The notes beneath the pieces are model-generated. The model made no database searches. It saw only the letters and a list, made by a program, of their open reading frames with translations, and was not told the origin of the DNA. A stretch of 64,000 bases of DNA from Candidatus Iainarchaeum sp. (GTDB lineage Archaea > Iainarchaeota > Iainarchaeia > Iainarchaeales > VGJJ01): NCBI GenBank assembly GCA_043803765.1, contig JAZDJQ010000018.1, positions 1 to 64,000 of the forward strand, read 5' to 3'. Both the position numbers and the translations under genes were made by a program. Positions 57,853 through 64,000 of the stretch are shown piece by piece (positions within the stretch are counted from its first letter, which is position 1; the number at the start of each line of letters is the position of its first letter).

Positions 57853-59118
57853 GTGCCGACAATCAAACAAGCATTGCAGGATTTTAACCCATGGTGGGAA
57901 CGACCAATAAGTGTAGGATTTAGCGAACGCACTATTTACCAAAAAATAAAGCAGTATATCCCCCTCCCCCCTATCATCGCATTTACGGGCCTCCGAAGGG
58001 TTGGAAAAACAACACTGCTCCTAAAAATAGCCGCCGACCGGATTGCCCAAACAAAAAAACCGATGGAGGTGGTATATTTTTCCTTTGATGAATTCAAAAA
58101 CATCGAATTACGGGAGATATTAAACGCATTCGAGGAAATTACCGATCAAAACCTATCTACTGGAAACTATTTAGTGCTTTTCGATGAAATCCAAAAAGCG
58201 AAAAATTGGGAAGAACAACTCAAAACACTCTATGACGTGTTTGGAAAAAATACCAAATTCATCATCTCGGGATCCGAATCACTGTTCATCCACCAAAAAA
58301 CAAAACAGGTTCTCGCTGGAAGAATATTCGAATTCATCATCAAACCATTAAGCTTTTCCGAATATATCACATTCAGGGGAGAAAACATAAAACCCATCGG
58401 GCTCCACGAAAAGAAAATCCAAAGACTATTCGAAGAGTATATCCAGACACAGGGATTTCCAGAACTCGTTCCAATCAAAGAAAAAGAAATCATCCAAAAA
58501 TACCTAAAGGAAAGCATTGCCGATAAAATAATCTATCAAGACATCCCGGGACTGTTTCCAATCAAAAATCCAACCATCATCGAAACACTACTGCACCTGC
58601 TAATGGACGAACCCGGACAACTCATTGACCTTGCAGGATTATCCAGCCAGCTAGCCATCAGCAGACAAACACTCTCAACTTATTTGAATTACCTCGAAAA
58701 ATCATTTCTCCTTCAAAAACTGTACAACTTTTCCCCCAACGCCCGAAAAAGCCAACGAAAACTCAAAAAATATTATCCAACCATCCTATCTTCTCGCCTG
58801 ACTTTCGAACCCGACTCAACCATCCAATCCATTGTTTTTGAATGGATCATGGTACGAGAACTGAATGCCGAATTTTTCTGGAGAGACCCCTATCAAAATG
58901 AGGTGGATATTGTCCTGAGACCAAAAAACCCCATCGAAATAAAATATGGGAAAATAGAAACAAAAGGAATCATCGCATTCATGGAAAAATTCAAAACCAA
59001 TGAAGGAACCATCCTCACCCACCGAATAGAAGAAAGAAAAAAAATAAAAGAAAAAACCATCCACCTCCTGCCCGGCTACAAAAAACTCCTACAAAACGAA
59101 CCCCAATCCAACCCCTGA
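57853..59118 (+). CDS. AAA+ ATPase of the AAA_14/DUF4143 type
   Basis: NPWW, GLRRVGKTT, FDEIQ, SGS, GFPE, EVD...EIK. Confidence 0.88.
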   Translation: MPTIKQALQDFNPWWERPISVGFSERTIYQKIKQYIPLPPIIAFTGLRRVGKTTLLLKIAADRIAQTKKPMEVVYFSFDEFKNIELREILNAFEEITDQNLSTGNYLVLFDEIQKAKNWEEQLKTLYDVFGKNTKFIISGSESLFIHQKTKQVLAGRIFEFIIKPLSFSEYITFRGENIKPIGLHEKKIQRLFEEYIQTQGFPELVPIKEKEIIQKYLKESIADKIIYQDIPGLFPIKNPTIIETLLHLLMDEPGQLIDLAGLSSQLAISRQTLSTYLNYLEKSFLLQKLYNFSPNARKSQRKLKKYYPTILSSRLTFEPDSTIQSIVFEWIMVRELNAEFFWRDPYQNEVDIVLRPKNPIEIKYGKIETKGIIAFMEKFKTNEGTILTHRIEERKKIKEKTIHLLPGYKKLLQNEPQSNP

Positions 59119-59317
59119 CTAAAACCAACCCATTTTGACAAAAAGCATTTGCGGGAGAAAACCACAAATTCCCACCCGCCAACACAAAACTACCCGAAAG
59201 GAAAAGAAACCATCCCCCCCAAAAATCAAAGGAATTCTGGAAAAAAAAGGAAACACAACGCACTACCAAGACCGAGCCAGACCAAAGTATATAAAGGGAC
59301 AGAAATAAGAGAAATAC

Positions 59318-60427
59318 ATGGAACGATGGATTGCATTTGGATTTCTCCTCATACTAGCCGGAGCCGCATTCCTTCACGGGGGGAGTGTTTTTGCCCAGCA
59401 ACTACCTACGAGTGCGCCATCAACTGCCGACGAATGCGTGGTAAAAAACCCCATAACTATTACTATGACAGACGGTCAATACAATATGAGTAATGGAAAG
59501 CCCGTTGCAATTACTCAACTACTCACTACCCCCATACTCCCAAGCGATTTTTTTCCGCGTTCCATTATTTTCGAGCAAGATGGCGTCCAAAAATACTTGC
59601 TCAATATTCAAAAGTTCTCTAATGAAGATAATTCCTTTACTGACGATGAGGTCACTATCCACTCCACCTTATGCTACAACAATAATGGGGTATACACAAA
59701 CTATTGGCCAGAACAGGTTGCGATAGCGAATGATGACGGAGCGGAGTTGGATACACAAAAGAGCAGTGCTGGAAAAATAGACAACATAGAGGTCGATTTA
59801 GACAGTACCGAATCAGAGTTATATATACGCTTCGAGAGTAGTGTTCAAGAGTCGGTTACTATCTATTTTTATTTTACTGAAAGTGCGAATATCTTCAGTA
59901 TAACCTCATTGGCATTTGCGCCAGGTAAGATTTCCGGCCAGACCGTCCTGCGTGCCGAACTAACCGAGGAAACGATTAGTGCGCTGAAGAAAAAAATTCC
60001 CTCATTTAACGGAAAGAGTCAAATGGAAATCACAGGATCGATCACTTTCACGCTCCAAAAGAAAAATTCAAGTGAGGATCCCATCGTATTCACTGTGGCG
60101 ATGAATGGAGAAGGCGCACTAGCAGGCGCAATACCTCCTCGGAGCTACTACAAATGGGATAATCTCACCGCAGGAAATTACCTAGGCACATTCGCCTTTA
60201 ATATAAACGTACCCAATGGCCCGTGGGAGGACATCAGAAAGGATATCACGCTGACTGAAGAGAATCTGTCCTCAACGGATTCAGCGAGGGTAGTGGCTGG
60301 TGATATCTTTCCCCTTTCATTTGGAATTGCTGATATCAAAACGGACGCCTGTATGAAGTGCGAAACAATCCTTTCCTGCCTCGCATGCGTGGATCACACG
60401 ATTGTTTCCCGCTATGACGGCGGATAA
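59318..60427 (+). CDS. Secreted hypothetical protein
   Basis: Signal peptide, beta-rich body, C-terminal C..C....C..C. Confidence 0.7.
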   Translation: MERWIAFGFLLILAGAAFLHGGSVFAQQLPTSAPSTADECVVKNPITITMTDGQYNMSNGKPVAITQLLTTPILPSDFFPRSIIFEQDGVQKYLLNIQKFSNEDNSFTDDEVTIHSTLCYNNNGVYTNYWPEQVAIANDDGAELDTQKSSAGKIDNIEVDLDSTESELYIRFESSVQESVTIYFYFTESANIFSITSLAFAPGKISGQTVLRAELTEETISALKKKIPSFNGKSQMEITGSITFTLQKKNSSEDPIVFTVAMNGEGALAGAIPPRSYYKWDNLTAGNYLGTFAFNINVPNGPWEDIRKDITLTEENLSSTDSARVVAGDIFPLSFGIADIKTDACMKCETILSCLACVDHTIVSRYDGG

Positions 60428-60432
60428 TAGTG

Positions 60433-62070
60433 TTATTTAGTAGAGGGAACCGGTAATAGATTTTCTTTTTTCTTCTCTTTCTTTTCTTCTTTGACGTTCT
60501 TCGGGCTAATGGTTTTGGGAAGGACGTCTTGCACTTTTTTTCGTGCCCGGCTGGAAAAAATAAGAAGTAATGCGATGATGAATAGTATTCCCAAAATAAT
60601 ACTGGAAGCCGCCCCTACAACAAAACCCGTTGCCGATGCGATAAAACCAGGGGATGGACTCGTTGTAAGTAGTTGAGTGTGAACGGGAATTCCATCCGAA
60701 TACACGTCCACGGTAACAGTCCCTTTGGCATCGGATGGAAGAGAAACCCATTTTCCCGTAATATCGATTGATTCCCCTGCTCCTAATGAAAAATGTTCCT
60801 GTGTGAATGAAATACTCCATCCTGCTGGCAAGTCAAGAGGAATAAAGGTGATATTCTCCCATGAATGGGTAGTATTGTTGAACAGAATGAATGAAAAATC
60901 CCGTGATTCCAATGGAGCCGTTGAAATGGGAGTAGTGGGGGTCGTTGTTTCAATGAGGATGGATATTTTTTCATCAATAGACGAGGAGAGAATAAACACC
61001 GTTTCCTCACGAAAACCAGTAGTATCATCGGAGTGGAACTGAATGGGAACGCGCACAATCGTATGAGAGGGAATGTGCACGTTATGGGAAGGAATTCCAA
61101 CTAATGAAGAGCTGGCTTCTAGAATAACATCCTCATCCTGCAACTCCGTGTTTTCAATCGTGAGAAAAGTGGAAAAAGTGTTCCCTTTCACAATGGAAAT
61201 GGAGTGATAGGGAATGGAAACATTCACATTCGATACGCGTTCAATGGAAAGATTGATTGTTCCAAGATATGTTTTTTGCCCCGTAGCCAAATCATATGCC
61301 TCAAACGAAACAGGGTAATTGCCAAAAGGCATTTTTTTGGAAACCGTGAATTCGATTGTAGAGAAAACGGTTTCTCCACTCTCAACAAAGCGATGCGTAT
61401 CGTTGGCAATGTGAACGCTTACCCCGGGAACCTGCTCTTGTAAGCGAATAAGATAATCCGTAATCGAACCATTATTCTGGAAAGAAACCGACATTGTTTC
61501 TTTCCCTTCACGAGGAAGAGAAATAGTGGAAGTGGAAAGAAACACATTGGAAAGAAACGGAGATAATGTGGAATAGGAAGTAGTAGCGTACTCAAAATGG
61601 GATTTTTTTCCTATGTGAATAAGCAGTGGAATGGATTGGGAGAAAGACTGATTGTCCAAGAATGTGCTCACCGTTATTGTGGCATAATAGTCTCCCTGTT
61701 CCATATGGGGAGACGCACGCACGGTGAAAGGACGGCTCATGGAAATGGGAGTAGAAAAGGATTCTAACTGCCCATCAATCGTAATACCGGAAGGAGAAGT
61801 CGTTTCAAATGAAATACTCGCAGGAGTTGAAAGTATTCCGTCAAAATAGATGGAAATTGTTCCTGAAACACTTGTTCCGGGCTGCAATCCTACTTCCGAA
61901 GGAGTAATCACTGCCTGCACCGGAACATACGCATGAACTTGCGTGGCAAAAACCACAATAAATAATCCAACAAAAATAAGGAAGAAACGAATAGGGTTGC
62001 ACAAAATAGGTGTTACTACCTTATTGTTCGCCCAAGAACGATTTTTTGAAACAGGCCATTTTGCCGTCAT
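60433..62070 (-). CDS. Surface protein with Ig-like (NEW3/CARDB-like) repeats and C-terminal anchor
   Basis: Hydrophobic leader, LPAGW, TGF followed by a TM helix and basic tail; start uncertain. Confidence 0.75.
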   Translation of the reverse strand: MTAKWPVSKNRSWANNKVVTPILCNPIRFFLIFVGLFIVVFATQVHAYVPVQAVITPSEVGLQPGTSVSGTISIYFDGILSTPASISFETTSPSGITIDGQLESFSTPISMSRPFTVRASPHMEQGDYYATITVSTFLDNQSFSQSIPLLIHIGKKSHFEYATTSYSTLSPFLSNVFLSTSTISLPREGKETMSVSFQNNGSITDYLIRLQEQVPGVSVHIANDTHRFVESGETVFSTIEFTVSKKMPFGNYPVSFEAYDLATGQKTYLGTINLSIERVSNVNVSIPYHSISIVKGNTFSTFLTIENTELQDEDVILEASSSLVGIPSHNVHIPSHTIVRVPIQFHSDDTTGFREETVFILSSSIDEKISILIETTTPTTPISTAPLESRDFSFILFNNTTHSWENITFIPLDLPAGWSISFTQEHFSLGAGESIDITGKWVSLPSDAKGTVTVDVYSDGIPVHTQLLTTSPSPGFIASATGFVVGAASSIILGILFIIALLLIFSSRARKKVQDVLPKTISPKNVKEEKKEKKKENLLPVPSTK

Positions 62071-62104
62071 GTTGCTGATTGCTCCTTTTTTTATCGTATG
62101 CGCC

Positions 62105-63895
62105 CTACTTGACCCACTTGCTGGCCCATGCAGGACTCTTTTTAGGAAAATGCCCAATAATCCATAGGACTAAGAGAATGAGCAGGACAACTATTCCCAA
62201 CCCTATTCCCTGTGCCCCAAACAAGAATCCCGTGAAACCAGCAAGGAATCCTGTTTCATACACATTCAAAGTGAACGGAATACTTGTTTCGGCATGGGGG
62301 GAAGTAACCACTAGGATGGGATAGTAGGTCATTTCATTAGTAAAGTCGCTCGTTTTAAGTGTAAATGCATACGTTCTCGTCTGATGAGGAGCGAGCACCG
62401 TGTTTTGCTCCCCAATCAAAATTAATCCGCTTCCTTTCACTCCCACCATTTTGAAATGAACACCAAAGATAGAATTATCCGTTGGGTTTTGTAATGTTAT
62501 TTCAAACGTCTTATCTTGTCCCTTCACCATATTCAATACGGTGGGGGCGGATACTACATTGATAACGGATGGGAGTTCTCCATCAAATGAAATAATATCA
62601 AATGATAGAGGAATACTCAATGCATGACTGCCTCCGTTGATCTGGATGAAATTATTTACCCCGTCCACGGAAGTATCCTCGTGAGCATACACGCTCAACG
62701 TGACGATTTGTGATTTTCCTGCAGGAATATTCGAAGAAGAGGGATTGAAAACAAAGTCCACGTCCGGAATATCCTGTTTCATTCCAAAAGAAACCGTTTG
62801 AGACACATCTCCTTTGTTGTGCACAATAAATACGGCATCTTGGGACTGTCCTTTGACCAATGTGTAAAACGTGGAAACGCTTTCCGCTTCCAAATAGGAA
62901 AGAGGAAGCACTTTCATGTTAACCGACTGGGAAGTAGTATAGTCTCCTGCTGTTGCCGAAATCTTCACCGGATACGTTCCTGCAGGCGTTTCCAATCCGG
63001 GAAACAAGGACAAATCAAGCGTGAGCGTTTCTAAACTATTAAGAGTAAAATCCAACGAGTTAGCAGGAATAATCGAATCAACCGTTACGTGAACATTTTG
63101 TTTATTCGTTGTAAGATTCTTCAACGTAATAGGAAATAACGTTGTTTGCAGTTTCTTCAAGTCCTTCGGCTTTTTGGGAAGCGTGAGAGAAATGGTTTTC
63201 TCTGGGAAAACAGGGCAGTCATTCACACTCACAACGAAGGGGCGCAGTACGACTATTTGGGATGTTTCCGCCCAAATGGTTCCTTCATGCAAACCGATGT
63301 TGTGGGGGGAAGTGGAAATGGAAAGCGAGACAATTTCCGTAGTGGAACTGGCTAATTCAAATGATTCATCCTGAAATGTTGGAAAAAGAATGGGTTGTTC
63401 CCCGTGTAACAATACAAGCGTGTCATTTCCTGAAATGTTTTTTACTGAAACATTGAGCGTTCCCACATAGTCGTTCCCGCAAACCGATTGGTCAAATACG
63501 GAAACAGTCAAGTAGGGATTGTTCCCCACATACACCGTAATAGGAACTTCTACTAGTTGCCCGTCCATATCCACTTTTACTACTACATCGTATGTTTCAT
63601 GGTCGGCATCATCTGAAGCGGAAACAACAATACCAATAGTAGTAGACTCGTACCCGTTCAAGGAAAACTTTTTCAGAGTAGGAATAGCGGTAATAAAACC
63701 CGAATCGCTCTTGGCGGATATTTTCACCTCATGTTTTTCAAAATCAACATTATGCACATTAAGAGAAAGAGTCGCCGTCATTCCTTCCAGTAATGAAACG
63801 GAGGAAGGACTCTCCATGCTGGAAGTGAATGGAAACGCAGTAACAAGACTCGTGAAAGCAGCTAATACTACGATGATGGATATGATGTGACGCAT
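62105..63895 (-). CDS. Surface protein with Ig-like repeats and C-terminal anchor
   Basis: Signal peptide, repeated N-x-x/GTY beta modules, TGF followed by a TM helix. Confidence 0.8.
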   Translation of the reverse strand: MRHIISIIVVLAAFTSLVTAFPFTSSMESPSSVSLLEGMTATLSLNVHNVDFEKHEVKISAKSDSGFITAIPTLKKFSLNGYESTTIGIVVSASDDADHETYDVVVKVDMDGQLVEVPITVYVGNNPYLTVSVFDQSVCGNDYVGTLNVSVKNISGNDTLVLLHGEQPILFPTFQDESFELASSTTEIVSLSISTSPHNIGLHEGTIWAETSQIVVLRPFVVSVNDCPVFPEKTISLTLPKKPKDLKKLQTTLFPITLKNLTTNKQNVHVTVDSIIPANSLDFTLNSLETLTLDLSLFPGLETPAGTYPVKISATAGDYTTSQSVNMKVLPLSYLEAESVSTFYTLVKGQSQDAVFIVHNKGDVSQTVSFGMKQDIPDVDFVFNPSSSNIPAGKSQIVTLSVYAHEDTSVDGVNNFIQINGGSHALSIPLSFDIISFDGELPSVINVVSAPTVLNMVKGQDKTFEITLQNPTDNSIFGVHFKMVGVKGSGLILIGEQNTVLAPHQTRTYAFTLKTSDFTNEMTYYPILVVTSPHAETSIPFTLNVYETGFLAGFTGFLFGAQGIGLGIVVLLILLVLWIIGHFPKKSPAWASKWVK

Positions 63896-63898
63896 GGT

Positions 63899-64000
63899 TT
63901 ATCCTCCCACTCGGTTCTTGATACGTGCAACGAGGGCAATAAGCAATACAAAAATAATGAACAATAGTATTCCATTCACTATCCAATCGGAAAAAGAACC
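63899..64000 (-). CDS. 3' end of another membrane-anchored protein (truncated by the window edge)
   Basis: ...DWIVNGILLFIIFVLLIALVARIKNRVGG*. Confidence 0.65.
   Translation of the reverse strand, partial: GSFSDWIVNGILLFIIFVLLIALVARIKNRVGG

Noticed and set aside
1-64000. Integrase, transposase, provirus or rRNA genes
   Set aside because: No ORF shows tyrosine/serine recombinase, DDE, HUH or capsid motifs that I recognise, and no rRNA-like stretch was seen.

Overview
Archaeal chromosomal window. Markers are archaeal-type PheS/PheT, TrpS, Dph5, DUF357, NucS, Trm112 and tRNAs without encoded CCA. The compact, orphan-rich gene content suggests a DPANN lineage, possibly Iainarchaeota/Diapherotrites-like; this is inference only. 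Positions 1-11.16 kb form an accessory region split into three cassettes by four copies of the motif ATGCCC(C)G(A/C)GCGGG. The cassettes carry (i) a histidine-phosphatase-like gene plus a dikinase-like operon with three phospho-His domains, (ii) a wHTH + nucleotidyltransferase + NUDIX unit, and (iii) an AbiE type IV toxin-antitoxin pair plus a kinase-like ORF. The rest is mostly housekeeping: translation, DNA repair (Nth, PolX, DinB, NucS, Lhr+MPE, XPD-like, DHH), nucleotide kinases, metal transporters, two small TA modules and surface proteins. The most unusual signals are non-coding. First, a family of ~46-bp double-hairpin elements with covarying stems occurs as a 6-unit tandem array at 54.7-55.0 kb, between a 15-bp duplication of the tRNA-Ser 5' end, and just after tRNA-Leu. 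Second, a 96-bp TA-flanked palindromic MITE-like repeat is present in three copies. Third, a ~103-nt structured ncRNA candidate lies upstream of lhr. Also noted are a convergent RelE/antitoxin-like pair, an enolase with altered catalytic residues, and small ORFs missed by the ORF track. All calls come from reading the sequence by eye; no database searches were run.
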